A stretch of DNA of 64,000 nucleotides, taken from Pikeienuella sp. GTDB lineage: Bacteria; Pseudomonadota; Alphaproteobacteria; Rhodobacterales; Rhodobacteraceae. Positions 27,613 through 37,336 of this stretch are shown in pieces (the stretch's first letter is position 1; each line of letters starts with the position of its first letter). Made by a program: the position numbers and the translations under genes. The notes under the pieces are model-generated. The model was not told where the DNA came from. It did no database searches and saw nothing but the letters and a program-made list of their open reading frames with translations. Location: NCBI RefSeq assembly GCF_046290545.1, contig NZ_JBKAGV010000005.1, forward strand, positions 109,766-173,765, given 5' to 3'.

Positions 27613-28553
27613 CGCCGCCTCAGCCGCGGGTCGACCCAAGCATAGGCGAGGTCGACAAGGAATGTGACGAGGATCACCGCGAAGACGAGCAGCATCGTCA
27701 CTGACTCCACGAGGATCAGGTCCCGCTGCGTGATGCCCTGGAAGATCAGCCGCCCGATGCCGGGAAGAAAGAACACGTTCTCTATGATGATCGCCCCGGC
27801 GATGAGAAAGGAGAACTGAAGACCGATGATTGTCAGCACCGGGATGAGCGCGTTGCGGAAGGCGTGCCGCCGCAGCGCCTGCCCGCGCGAGAGGCCCTTG
27901 GCGCGGGCCGTCCGCACATAATCCTCCGCCAGCGTGTCGAGCAGGGCGGAGCGCATGACGCGGGCGAGGATCGAGGCCTGGGGCAGGGCGAGCGCGATGG
28001 CGGGCAGCGTCAGCGCCTTCATCGCCGGCCAGAAGCCCGCCTCCCAGCCCGGAAAGCCGCCCGCGGAGACCCAGCGGAGGTTGATCGCGAAGATGACGAC
28101 GAGAAGGATCGCGAACCAGAAATTCGGCACCGCAACGCCAAGCTGCGTCACGCCGATCACCCCCCAGTCCGCCGCCCGCCCCCGCCGCGAGGCGGCGAGG
28201 AGCCCGGCGGGAATCGCGATGAGGGTGGAGAGGGCGAGGGCGTAGAGCGTGAGCGGCAGGGAGATCACGATCCGCTCCGCCACGAGGTCGGCCACCGGCG
28301 CCTTGTAGGCGTAGCTCGTGCCGAAATCCCCCGTCAGCATCCCGCCGACCCAGGAGAGGTAGCGGAGGGGCAGGGGCCGGTCGAGCCCGAGCTCTGCGCG
28401 CACGGCGGCCAATGTGTCCGGCGCCGCGTTCATGCCGAGCATGTAGGCCGCAGGGTCCCCGGGGATCACCTCGATGACGGCGAAGATCGCGACGCTGGCG
28501 AGCGCCAGCGAGACGGCGAGGGAGACGAGGCGGGAGAGGGCGTAGCGGAGCAT
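27609..28553 (-). CDS. Peptide/nickel ABC transporter permease (DppB-like)
   Basis: IPGDPA, GLDRPL..RY, GDFGTS, DYVRTARAKGL and HAFRNA. Confidence 0.92.
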   Translation of the reverse strand: MLRYALSRLVSLAVSLALASVAIFAVIEVIPGDPAAYMLGMNAAPDTLAAVRAELGLDRPLPLRYLSWVGGMLTGDFGTSYAYKAPVADLVAERIVISLPLTLYALALSTLIAIPAGLLAASRRGRAADWGVIGVTQLGVAVPNFWFAILLVVIFAINLRWVSAGGFPGWEAGFWPAMKALTLPAIALALPQASILARVMRSALLDTLAEDYVRTARAKGLSRGQALRRHAFRNALIPVLTIIGLQFSFLIAGAIIIENVFFLPGIGRLIFQGITQRDLILVESVTMLLVFAVILVTFLVDLAYAWVDPRLRRR

Positions 28554-28624
28554 CGGGCCCTTCGGCTAAGCCCGGAGAGAGATCGGGGCAAGGGGCCGCG
28601 CCATTTCGCGCGGCCCCTCGGGCT

Positions 28625-30100
28625 TCATTCCCAATAGGCCGCCGTCATGTCGTTCGCCTGGGTCGGCGAATGCTTCCACATGCCCATCAGCTTCGCGTTC
28701 TGCACGCTCGTCCGGGCGAGCTGGAAGAGATAGGCGTTGACGTAATCGTCCGCGATGATCCGCTGCAGCGCCTTCGTCAGCGCGGAACGATCCTCGGGGT
28801 CGGTCGTCCGCTCCAGCATGGCGAAGGTCGTCTTGAACTCCTCCGAGCTGTAGTTGAAGTAATACTCGTCCCGCGCGTAGATGCCGATGTCGAAGGGCTC
28901 GGTATGGCTGACGATTGTCAGGTCATAGTCCTTGTTCTTGAACACTTCTTCGAGCCAGCCGGCCCATTCGAGATTGCTGATCTCGGTCTCGATCCCGACG
29001 GCGCGGAGCTGCGCGGCGACGATCTCTCCGCCGCGGCGGGCGTAGGAGGGCGGCGGCAGCTTCAGGCGGAGCGTGAGGCCGCTCTCGTAACCGGCCTCAG
29101 CCAGGAGCTTTTTCGCCATCTCCGGATCGTGGCGCGATTGCAGCGTCAGGTCCACGTAGTCCGGATGATGCGGGGCGAAATGCGCGCCGATCGGGGTTCC
29201 GTAGCCGAACATCGCGCCGTCGATCAGCGCCTGCCGGTCGATCGCATGGGCGATGGCGGCGCGGACGCGGATATCGGAGAGCGGCCCGGCCTTGTTGTTG
29301 GTGGAGAGGATCGTCTCCCCCTCGGTCGAGCCGGTGATGACGAGGAAGCGCGGATCGGCCGCGAACTGGTCCAGGATCTCGGGGGCGGGGAAGCCGGGGA
29401 AGGCGTCGATGTCGCCGGCCATGACCGCGGCGAAGGCGGCGTTCGGGTCCGAGATGAACTTGAACGTGACCGAATCGAGCTTCGCCGGCTCGCCCCAGTA
29501 GCCGTCGTTCCGCACGATCTCAACGCTGTCGCCCTTCAGCCAGCGGGAGAAGCGGAACGGGCCGGTGCCGACCGGGTTCGCGCCGTTCTCCGCCGCGCTC
29601 TCGGGCGCGACGATCACCGCGTCGCCCCAGGCGAGGTTGAAGAGGAAGGCGCCCGTCGGCTGGTTGAGCGTCACGCGCACGGTTCGGGGGTCGACGACCG
29701 CCGTCTCCAGAATGGCGGCGTAAAGCGCCTTCTGCGCGTTCTGGCTCTCCTCCGCCGCGATCCGGTCGAGCGAGAACTTCACGTCTTCGGCGTCGAAGGC
29801 CGTGCCGTCATGGAAGGTCACGCCCTCGCGCAGGCGGAAGGTATAGACGAGGCCGAAATCCGAAATCTCCCAGGATTCGGCGAGGCCGGGATGGATCGCG
29901 CCGTCCTCCCCGAACTTCACAAGGCCTTCGAAGACGTTGGAATAGACGATCTCGTCTATCGCCGCGGCGGCGCCGGCCGTCGGGTCGAGCACGGGGGGCT
30001 CCAGCTGCATCCCGATGGTCGCGCCGGCGGCGAGCGCATGACCTGCGGTGAGCGCGGCGAGGGCGAACGCCCCTGCGGCGAGGGTGGGAACGGCCTTCAT
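28625..30100 (-). CDS. Family 5 ABC substrate-binding protein
   Basis: Signal peptide, LDP, NVFEGLV, PGLAESW, FRLREGVTFHDG, PVGTGPF and RVRAAIAHAIDR. Confidence 0.92.
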   Translation of the reverse strand: MKAVPTLAAGAFALAALTAGHALAAGATIGMQLEPPVLDPTAGAAAAIDEIVYSNVFEGLVKFGEDGAIHPGLAESWEISDFGLVYTFRLREGVTFHDGTAFDAEDVKFSLDRIAAEESQNAQKALYAAILETAVVDPRTVRVTLNQPTGAFLFNLAWGDAVIVAPESAAENGANPVGTGPFRFSRWLKGDSVEIVRNDGYWGEPAKLDSVTFKFISDPNAAFAAVMAGDIDAFPGFPAPEILDQFAADPRFLVITGSTEGETILSTNNKAGPLSDIRVRAAIAHAIDRQALIDGAMFGYGTPIGAHFAPHHPDYVDLTLQSRHDPEMAKKLLAEAGYESGLTLRLKLPPPSYARRGGEIVAAQLRAVGIETEISNLEWAGWLEEVFKNKDYDLTIVSHTEPFDIGIYARDEYYFNYSSEEFKTTFAMLERTTDPEDRSALTKALQRIIADDYVNAYLFQLARTSVQNAKLMGMWKHSPTQANDMTAAYWE

Positions 30101-30155
30101 CTCTGCCTCCTGTCGACCGGATATCGGCGGGCCTATGCGCCCGTCCGATGCGAGT

Positions 30156-33100
30156 TTATCGCGAATCCTGCGGAATGCGACGGGCAGTTTCGGCCCCCGG
30201 TCTCGGCGCCAGCTCCCCCTCCGGTCGGAAGAGGCCGATGAGCATGAGCGGCGCGCCGTCCGCCCCGTTCAACGCGCGCCCGGCGCAGCGGACGGTGCGG
30301 CCGCTCGCCTTCGTCTTTGCGGCGTAGCCGAAGCCGCCCCCGGCGGCGAGCGCATTGCGCATCGCGCGCCGCGCTGCCTCGGCGCCGGCCTCGTCATAGA
30401 GGTCGGCGAGGTCCTCCAGCCTTTCCGGCGCGCCGCCATGCAGCGCCGCGGCGGCGTCCGGCCAGTCCATCCTCCCCGTCGCCGGATCGGCGGACCAGAA
30501 GACGGCCCCCGTCGCAGCCTCGGCGAGGCTCGTCTGCCCGGAAAGGCGCAGGAGCTCCAGCTCCCGTTCCCGCCGGTCGGTGATGTCGAAGCCGATGGCG
30601 TAGACGGTCGGCGCCTCCTCCGCCGTCGGCTGGAAGCGGTAGCGAACGATCTGCCGCCAGCCCCCGGCGCCGCCCTCGATCGCCGCCTCAGCGGAGCGGC
30701 CGGATGCGAGGAAGGCGCGATCCCCGGCGAGGATGCGTTCGCCCGATTCCGCGCCGGCGAGATCGGTGAGGAGCGCGCCTTCGGCCGCATCGGGGGAGAC
30801 GCCCAGAAGCGCGGCCGCGCGCTCCGAAATGCGGAGCACCCGGCCCTCCGCATCCCGCCGCATCAGGAGGACCGGCGCGCGCTCGAAGATATGGGCGAGT
30901 TCGGCCGCGAGCCTTCCGGCGCCGGGCGAGGCCATGAAGGTCATCGTCACGCCCTGGAGCTGCCCGCGCTGGGTCGCCACGGGGGCGCAGCGGAGTGTGT
31001 GGAACGCGCCGTCGGAGGCGAATTCCCGCGTCGTCGCGCGGCCGAGCTGAAGCGCCTCGTTCGCAATGTCGACGAGCGGCGGGAAGCCCTCCGGCAGCGC
31101 GCACTGGCTCAGATGCGGGGTGTCGAGCGGCGGCTCCAGCCGGAAGAGCTGGATCGCCTCGCGGCTCGCCTTGGTGATCTGCAAGGCGCTGTCTATGATG
31201 AGGAGCGGCGCGGCGACGTTCTGGAGGATGGTTGAAAGCTCCTCGTTCGTCGTCGCCAGTTCGGCGGAGGAGATCTGGAGCTCCTCGTTCACCGTAACCA
31301 GCTCCTCGTTGGAGGATTGCAGCTCCTCGTTCGAGGTTTCGAGTTCTTCGTTCGTCGCCTGCAATTCCTCGTTGGTCGATTGCAACTCTTCGTTGGCCGA
31401 TTGAAGTTCTTCGTTCGACGTCTCCAGCGCCTCGATCGTCTGCTGCAGCGCCTCGCGCGTGGAGGCGAGTTCGCGCTCCACCGTCTCGAGCCATTCGCCG
31501 CCCGGGTCGGCCTCGGCGGGGCGGGCCGGTTGCGCCTCCGCCTGCCGCGAGAAGGCGACGAGGGCGAGGCGCTCGTCTTCGCCCGGCCTCGCGAGGGGGA
31601 AGACCTCGATCCGCAGCGCCTCCCCCGGCGCGCCTTCGGAGCGGTGGGCGACGCCCTGCCGCCGCTGGCCGGAGCGAAGCGCGACCGTCACCAGCGTCCG
31701 CGCCTCCTGCGCCAGTTCGGGGGCGAGCATGGAGAGGCTCATCTGAAGGCGCGTATTCTCGTTCAGCGTGACGTAGCGGCCCAGATCGCCATAGACGCGC
31801 AGGATGCGAAAATCGTCGGAGACGAGCGCCACATCCGGCCCGAGGGTGCGGGCCAGCGCGTCGAACATCGACCGGTCCTCCGCCGCCGAGGCTTCGCTCG
31901 CCGCCTCCCGGGCCGCGGCGGCGCGGCTCGCCCGATCCGTCCCCACCGGCAGGTCGTAGCCGCCGAAGCGGATCATCGGGCGCCGCGCCGCATGCCGCCG
32001 ACGATAGAGATGGGCGCCGTCCCCGATCCTGACGAACAGATCCTCCGAGACGGAGACCGTCTCCGCCGTCCCGAGAAAGATCGACCCCTCCGCCTCCAGC
32101 GCATAGGCGAAGCGGGAAAAGACCCGCGCCTGCAATGGCTGGTTGAAATAAATCAGGAGGTTGCGGCAGCAGATCAGATCGAGATTGATGAAGGGCGGGT
32201 CCTGGCAGACATTGTGATAGGAGAAGATCACGGTGTCCTTCAGCGCGGGATGAACGGTGACTCCGTCGTCATCGAGCGTGAAATAGCGGGAGACGTATTC
32301 CTGCGGCACGTTCTCGATCGCGGCCCGCGGGTAGCGCCCGCGCCGCGCGACGTCCAGCGCGCGGGCGTCGATGTCCGAGGCGAAGATCTGCAGCTTGTCC
32401 TTGCCGATCGCCTCGGGCCCGCCCATCGCCTCGGCGAAGAGGATGGCGACGGAATAGGCCTCCTCTCCCGTCGCGCAGCCGGCGATCCAGACACGGGCGG
32501 GCCGCCCGGTGCGCCGCGCCGCGATCTCCCGCACCAGCGGCGCAAGCGCGAGGAACTCCAGGGGGTCGCGAAAGAACCACGTCACCGAGACGAGGAAATC
32601 GCGGAAGAGCGCATCGACCTCCGCAGGGTTCGAGCGGCAGGTGCGGACATACTCGGCCTGGTCGTCGAGGCCGAGGGCGATCATCCGTCTTTCCAGCCGC
32701 CGCTGGATCGTTGTCGGCTTGTAGTCCCTGAAGTCCACGCGGGTCCGCGCGAGAACGATCTGAAGCAGCTCTGCGAGCGGATTCTCCGCCCCCGCAGGCG
32801 GCCGGAAGCGGTCGAGATCATGCGGAGAGGCGATGATGCGGCCAAGCTGGGCCCCGATCTCGACCGGGGAGAGAACGAGATCGACGCAGCCGGTCTCGAC
32901 CGCGGCCGAGGGCATGCCGTCATATTTCGCGCTCTCGGAATCCTGCGCGATGGTGAGCCCGCCGGCGCCGCGGATCGCGCGGACGCCGAAGGCGCCGTCA
33001 CTGCCCGTGCCGGAGAGAACGATGCCCGCCGCCCGCTCCCGCGCCGATTCCGCAAGGCTGAGAAAGAACCGGTCCACCGAGGGCTTGGGCGAGACGGAGC

Positions 33101-33419
33101 CTTGCGGGCCGGCGACGAGGCGAAGCCGGCCGGCGCGGTAGATCACGTCCACGCTCGGCGGGGCGACATATATGGCGCCGGGCGCCGGCTTCATCCCGTC
33201 CTCCACGTCAAGGACGTCCAGCCGGGTCTCCCGCGCGATGAGGGTCGAGAGGAGGCTCTTGTGCGTCGGCGACATGTGCTGAACGACGACGTAGACGGCG
33301 CCGGAATCGCGGGGAAGGTTTCGAAAGAGGTCCCTCAGCGCTTCCAGTCCGCCTGCCGACGCCCCGATGCCGACGACATAGGGCTGCGTCGCCGCAGTAT
33401 CGACCGTCTCGGCCTCCAT
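30156..33419 (-). CDS. CheB-CheR fusion with coiled coil and PAS domains, no kinase or output domain
   Basis: CheB GIGASAGG/QHM/GTGSDG; CheR WIAGCATGEE, SDID and CCRNLLIYF; (N)EELQS heptads; PAS-like C-terminal segments. Confidence 0.88.
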   Translation of the reverse strand: MEAETVDTAATQPYVVGIGASAGGLEALRDLFRNLPRDSGAVYVVVQHMSPTHKSLLSTLIARETRLDVLDVEDGMKPAPGAIYVAPPSVDVIYRAGRLRLVAGPQGSVSPKPSVDRFFLSLAESARERAAGIVLSGTGSDGAFGVRAIRGAGGLTIAQDSESAKYDGMPSAAVETGCVDLVLSPVEIGAQLGRIIASPHDLDRFRPPAGAENPLAELLQIVLARTRVDFRDYKPTTIQRRLERRMIALGLDDQAEYVRTCRSNPAEVDALFRDFLVSVTWFFRDPLEFLALAPLVREIAARRTGRPARVWIAGCATGEEAYSVAILFAEAMGGPEAIGKDKLQIFASDIDARALDVARRGRYPRAAIENVPQEYVSRYFTLDDDGVTVHPALKDTVIFSYHNVCQDPPFINLDLICCRNLLIYFNQPLQARVFSRFAYALEAEGSIFLGTAETVSVSEDLFVRIGDGAHLYRRRHAARRPMIRFGGYDLPVGTDRASRAAAAREAASEASAAEDRSMFDALARTLGPDVALVSDDFRILRVYGDLGRYVTLNENTRLQMSLSMLAPELAQEARTLVTVALRSGQRRQGVAHRSEGAPGEALRIEVFPLARPGEDERLALVAFSRQAEAQPARPAEADPGGEWLETVERELASTREALQQTIEALETSNEELQSANEELQSTNEELQATNEELETSNEELQSSNEELVTVNEELQISSAELATTNEELSTILQNVAAPLLIIDSALQITKASREAIQLFRLEPPLDTPHLSQCALPEGFPPLVDIANEALQLGRATTREFASDGAFHTLRCAPVATQRGQLQGVTMTFMASPGAGRLAAELAHIFERAPVLLMRRDAEGRVLRISERAAALLGVSPDAAEGALLTDLAGAESGERILAGDRAFLASGRSAEAAIEGGAGGWRQIVRYRFQPTAEEAPTVYAIGFDITDRRERELELLRLSGQTSLAEAATGAVFWSADPATGRMDWPDAAAALHGGAPERLEDLADLYDEAGAEAARRAMRNALAAGGGFGYAAKTKASGRTVRCAGRALNGADGAPLMLIGLFRPEGELAPRPGAETARRIPQDSR
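31230..31430. repeat. 21-bp heptad coding repeat (xNEELQS/T) forming a coiled coil
   Basis: SNEELQSANEELQSTNEELQATNEELETSNEELQSSNEELVTVNEELQ. Confidence 0.85.
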
Positions 33420-33562
33420 CCCCCAGCCCCCACTTTCGCACTCTGCAAAACATCAATCAAAGGTTGTGTAAATTGTCAATCGCTCGCTTTGAAATGGTCG
33501 TCTGTTGCATCGCGGGACTTGCCGCTTTCGCAAGCGCGAAGCGCGCGATAGAGGAGGGGGCG

Positions 33563-36190
33563 ATGAAGGATGCGATCAGGCCCCTTTCCGAAGCGACGGA
33601 CCCGGCGCGCCACGGCGCGAAGGCGCGGCGGCTGTTCCGCCTCGCCGCCGCCGGCGCGCCGATCCCGCCCGGCTTCGTCTTTCCCGACGACGCCGCGCCG
33701 GGCGCGACGGCCGGGGCGCTGGCGGCCCTGGAGCGCGAGACGGGGCTCGGCTTCGGCGACCCGGCGCGCCCGCTTCTGCTCGCGTTGCGGTCCAGCCCGG
33801 CCGCGGCCGGCGCCGCCGCTTCCCCCGCGCTCCTCAATCTCGGCCTGACGCGGGCGGCTTGCGAAGGGCTCGTCCCCCGTCTCGGCGCGCGTGCGGCGAT
33901 CGACTTGCGCCGCCGCCTGATCCAGGCCTTTTCCGTCGCCGCGATGGGGGCGGATCCGGAGGCGTTCGAGGCCGCGCTCTATGACCGCATCAAGCAATCG
34001 GGCGCGGAGACGGAGGAGGCGCTCTCGCTCGACGCGCTTCGCGCGCTGGAGGCGGATTACCTCGCGCTGACCGAGGAGGAAACGGGCGAGGCTTTTCCGG
34101 AGGATGCGGGCGAGCAGCTCTCCCTCGCCGTCGCCGCGATGCGCCGGGCGTGGTCGTCGCCGACCGCGCGGATCCTGCGGCAGGCGAGGGGGGCCGACGC
34201 CGCGGCGCCGCAGGCCCTGATCGCGCAGGCCATGGCGCTCGGCCTAGGCCCCGCGCCTTCCGGCGCGGGCGTCGCTCATGGCCGCTCGGAGGAGACCGGG
34301 GAGCCCGGCTTCGAGGGCCGCTTCCTGCCCCAGGCGCAGGGCGAGGAGGCGCTGATGGGCCTCCGCACGCCGCGCTTCCTTACCGAGGCGGGGCGGATCG
34401 CCGCCGGGCAGAACGCGCCCTCGCTCGAAGCCGCGGCGCCGGAAGCGGCCGCTTCGCTCCGCGCGCTCGTCGCCGGGGCCGAGCGCGCGCTGGGCGAGGC
34501 CTGCCGGGTGGAGTTCACGCTGGAGGCGGGGAGGCTCTTCCTCCTCGACGCGCAGCCGCTGAAGCCGACGCCGCGCGCCGCGGTGCGGATCGCCGTCGAT
34601 CTCGCCGAGGCGGGCGCGATCGGGCGGGACGATGCGCTGCTCCGGATCGATCCGGCGGGGCTAGTCGCCCATCTCCATCCCGCGGTCGCCGCGGGCGCGC
34701 GCCGCGACGTGATTGGGAAGGGCTTGCCCGCATCCCCCGGCGCGGCGACCGGCGCGGTGGTCTTCTCGCCCGAGGCGGCGGAGGCGCTCGCCGCGCGGGA
34801 GGAGCCGGCGATTCTCGTCCGGATCGAGACGAGCCCGGAGGACATCCGCGGCATGCACGCCGCCGCCGGCGTGCTGACCGTCCGCGGCGGGATGACGAGC
34901 CACGCCGCGGTGATCGCCCGCGGCCTCGGCGCGCCCTGCGTCGTCGGCGCTTCCGACATCGCGCTCGACCTCGAGGAGCGGAAGATGACGGCGGCGGACG
35001 GCCGCGTCTTCCGCGAGGGCGACGTCGTGACCATCGACGGCGCGGCGGGCGAGGCGCTCGCCGGCGCGCCGCGGCTGGTGCGACCGGAGCTTTCCGGCGC
35101 CTTCGAGACGCTGATGGGGTGGGCGGACGAGGTTCGGCGGCTGAAGGTTCGGGCGAACGCGGACACCGGGCAGGACGCGCGCGTCGCGGTCGGCTTCAAC
35201 GTGGACGGGATCGGACTCTGCCGCACGGAGCACATGTTCTTCGACAAGAAGCGCATCACGGTCATGCGCCGCATGATCCTCGCCGAGAAGGAGGCGGACC
35301 GGCGCGCGGCGCTGGCCGAACTCCTGCCGATGCAGCGCGGCGACTTCCGCGAGCTCTTCGAGATCATGGCGGGCCTTCCGGTCACCATCCGCCTGCTCGA
35401 CCCGCCATTGCACGAATTCCTGCCGCACGGGCCGCGGGAAATGGCCGAGCTCGCAGAGGCGATGAAGCTGCCGCTCAAGGTCGTCACCCGCCGGGCGGAG
35501 GAGATGCGGGAGTTCAACCCGATGCTGGGCAAGCGCGGCTGCCGCGTCGGCGTCGCCTTCCCCGAGATCTACGAGATGCAGGCGCGCGCGGCCTTCGAGG
35601 CGGCGGTCGAGGCCGGGCGGGCGACGGGGGAGCCGGTGATCCCCGAGATCATGATCCCGCTCGTCTCCGCCAACCGGGAGATGGAGCTGCTGGCCAGGGT
35701 GATCGAGCGCGTTGCGGAGCAGGTGCGGGCGGAGAGCGGGGCGGCGCTCCGCTACAAGATCGGGGCGATGGTGGAGACGCCGCGCGCCGCGCTCCGGGCG
35801 GGGGACATCGTGGGCTCCGCCGAGTTCCTCTCCTTCGGCACCAACGACCTGACGCAGATGACCTATGGCCTCAGCCGGGATGACGCCGGGCGCTTCATGC
35901 GGGACTATGTGGCCAAGGGCGTCTTTCCGGAGGATCCGTTCCATTCGCTCGACGTGGAGGGAGTGGGGGAGCTTCTGCTGATCGCCACGGAGCGGGGGCG
36001 GCGCGCGCGCCCCGGCCTCACGCTGGGCCTCTGCGGCGAGCATGGCGGGGATCCGGCGTCGATCCGCTTCTGCGAGCTGGCGGGGTTCGACTACATCTCC
36101 TGCTCGCCCTTCCGGCTGCCGATCGCGCGGCTCGCCGCGGCGCAGGCGCGGCTGCTCGCGGAGCGGCGCGATCATGGTGATTCGCGGTAA
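33563..36190 (+). CDS. Pyruvate phosphate dikinase homologue (putative PEP-binding protein) with degenerate nucleotide-binding domain
   Basis: GAGGAGG RBS; GGMTSHAAV phospho-His, GIGLCRTEHMF, NPMLGKRGCR, SFGTNDLTQ and GLCGEHGGDP intact; N-terminal motifs diverged. Confidence 0.85.
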   Translation: MKDAIRPLSEATDPARHGAKARRLFRLAAAGAPIPPGFVFPDDAAPGATAGALAALERETGLGFGDPARPLLLALRSSPAAAGAAASPALLNLGLTRAACEGLVPRLGARAAIDLRRRLIQAFSVAAMGADPEAFEAALYDRIKQSGAETEEALSLDALRALEADYLALTEEETGEAFPEDAGEQLSLAVAAMRRAWSSPTARILRQARGADAAAPQALIAQAMALGLGPAPSGAGVAHGRSEETGEPGFEGRFLPQAQGEEALMGLRTPRFLTEAGRIAAGQNAPSLEAAAPEAAASLRALVAGAERALGEACRVEFTLEAGRLFLLDAQPLKPTPRAAVRIAVDLAEAGAIGRDDALLRIDPAGLVAHLHPAVAAGARRDVIGKGLPASPGAATGAVVFSPEAAEALAAREEPAILVRIETSPEDIRGMHAAAGVLTVRGGMTSHAAVIARGLGAPCVVGASDIALDLEERKMTAADGRVFREGDVVTIDGAAGEALAGAPRLVRPELSGAFETLMGWADEVRRLKVRANADTGQDARVAVGFNVDGIGLCRTEHMFFDKKRITVMRRMILAEKEADRRAALAELLPMQRGDFRELFEIMAGLPVTIRLLDPPLHEFLPHGPREMAELAEAMKLPLKVVTRRAEEMREFNPMLGKRGCRVGVAFPEIYEMQARAAFEAAVEAGRATGEPVIPEIMIPLVSANREMELLARVIERVAEQVRAESGAALRYKIGAMVETPRAALRAGDIVGSAEFLSFGTNDLTQMTYGLSRDDAGRFMRDYVAKGVFPEDPFHSLDVEGVGELLLIATERGRRARPGLTLGLCGEHGGDPASIRFCELAGFDYISCSPFRLPIARLAAAQARLLAERRDHGDSR

Positions 36191-36303
36191 CGATCTGCAG
36201 CTTGACGAAATTGTTTCGTGATCTTTCGACGATTCGCGCGGATTGTGATTAACCCATGGGCGCCCGAGACGGATTCCGATTGACCGGAAGGCGCCTTTTC
36301 CGC

Positions 36304-36319
36304 TTCACACGACGTTAAC
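36304..36319 (+). promoter_or_regulatory. Candidate CtrA box (TTCA-N7-TTAAC)
   Basis: One mismatch to TTAA-N7-TTAAC, in an AT-rich intergenic region upstream of the cell-wall hydrolase; an extra TTAACC half-site lies near 36249. Confidence 0.5.
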
Positions 36320-36436
36320 GATTGCTGCGCCCGGCAGAACGTCCGGCGCTTTCTGTCCACGGAGACGATGAGGGGTTCGCCAACCCCGTTGCCCGAAGCG
36401 CCAAACCCGCGCCGGGCGTTTTCTGAAGGGTTCCGC

Positions 36437-37231
36437 ATGTCGCCTCGTTTCGCCCGCTACGTTCCTCTGGCCGCCCTCGGGTTGGCGTCGGTTCTGAGCC
36501 TCGTCGCCGCTCCCTCCGTGGCGGAACAGTCGGGCAGGGCGGCGGAGGCCTCCTCCGCGCAGGTCCTCGCCCTTCTGCGGGCGGAGCGCTCGGCCTTCCG
36601 GACCCTTGAGAGCGACGCGGTGTTCGCCCGCACGGGGCGCCTGCCCGCCGGCCCGGCCCGCTTCACGCCCGGCGCGATCTCGGACCCCGATCTCGACACG
36701 CTGGCGCAGGAGGATGCGCTGGCCGCCGCGCTGGCGGAGGCGACGCGCGGGATGGACGTGAACGAGGTCGTCTCCGTCTCCTCCGCATCGCTCGACGCCA
36801 TCGCCGAGGGGGTGGACCAGCGGGAGCTTCGCTGCCTCGCCGAGGCGGTTTACTTCGAATCCCGGGGCGAGGACACGAAGGGCCAGTTCGCCGTCGCGGA
36901 GGTGATCCTCAACCGGGTGGACAGCGGCGTCTACCCGGACGACGTCTGCGCCGTCGTCACCCAGGGGAGCGACCGGCGCAACGCCTGCCAGTTCTCCTAC
37001 GCCTGCGACGGCAAGGCGGAGCGGGTGGCGAACCGCGCCGCCTTCGTGAAGGCGGCGAAGATCGCGAAGGTGATGCTCTCCGGGCGGCCCCGGGTCGTCA
37101 CCGGCGGGGCGACGCATTTCCACACCACTGCGGTCAACCCGCGCTGGGCGCGCAAGCTGACCGAGACGACCCGGATCGGCGCGCACATCTTCTACCGCTT
37201 CCCCACCCGGGTTTCCTCGAACGACAGCTGA
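36437..37231 (+). CDS. SleB-like cell wall hydrolase (Hydrolase_2)
   Basis: CLAEAVYFESRGE, AVAEVILNRV, CQFSYACDG, ATHFH and IGAHIFY. Confidence 0.92.
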   Translation: MSPRFARYVPLAALGLASVLSLVAAPSVAEQSGRAAEASSAQVLALLRAERSAFRTLESDAVFARTGRLPAGPARFTPGAISDPDLDTLAQEDALAAALAEATRGMDVNEVVSVSSASLDAIAEGVDQRELRCLAEAVYFESRGEDTKGQFAVAEVILNRVDSGVYPDDVCAVVTQGSDRRNACQFSYACDGKAERVANRAAFVKAAKIAKVMLSGRPRVVTGGATHFHTTAVNPRWARKLTETTRIGAHIFYRFPTRVSSNDS

Positions 37232-37336
37232 GGCCGCGCATCGCGGGCGCCGCCCGCGGCCCTTTCGGCGCCGGTTCCGCGCGCGCCGCCCGCGATGCGC
37301 GGCCGCATGAGGGCGCGAAGGCGGGGGAGGGTCTCG

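Noticed and set aside
33563-36190. Assigning the symbol ppdK as a functional dikinase
   Set aside because: Key nucleotide-binding motifs are substituted, so function cannot be assumed
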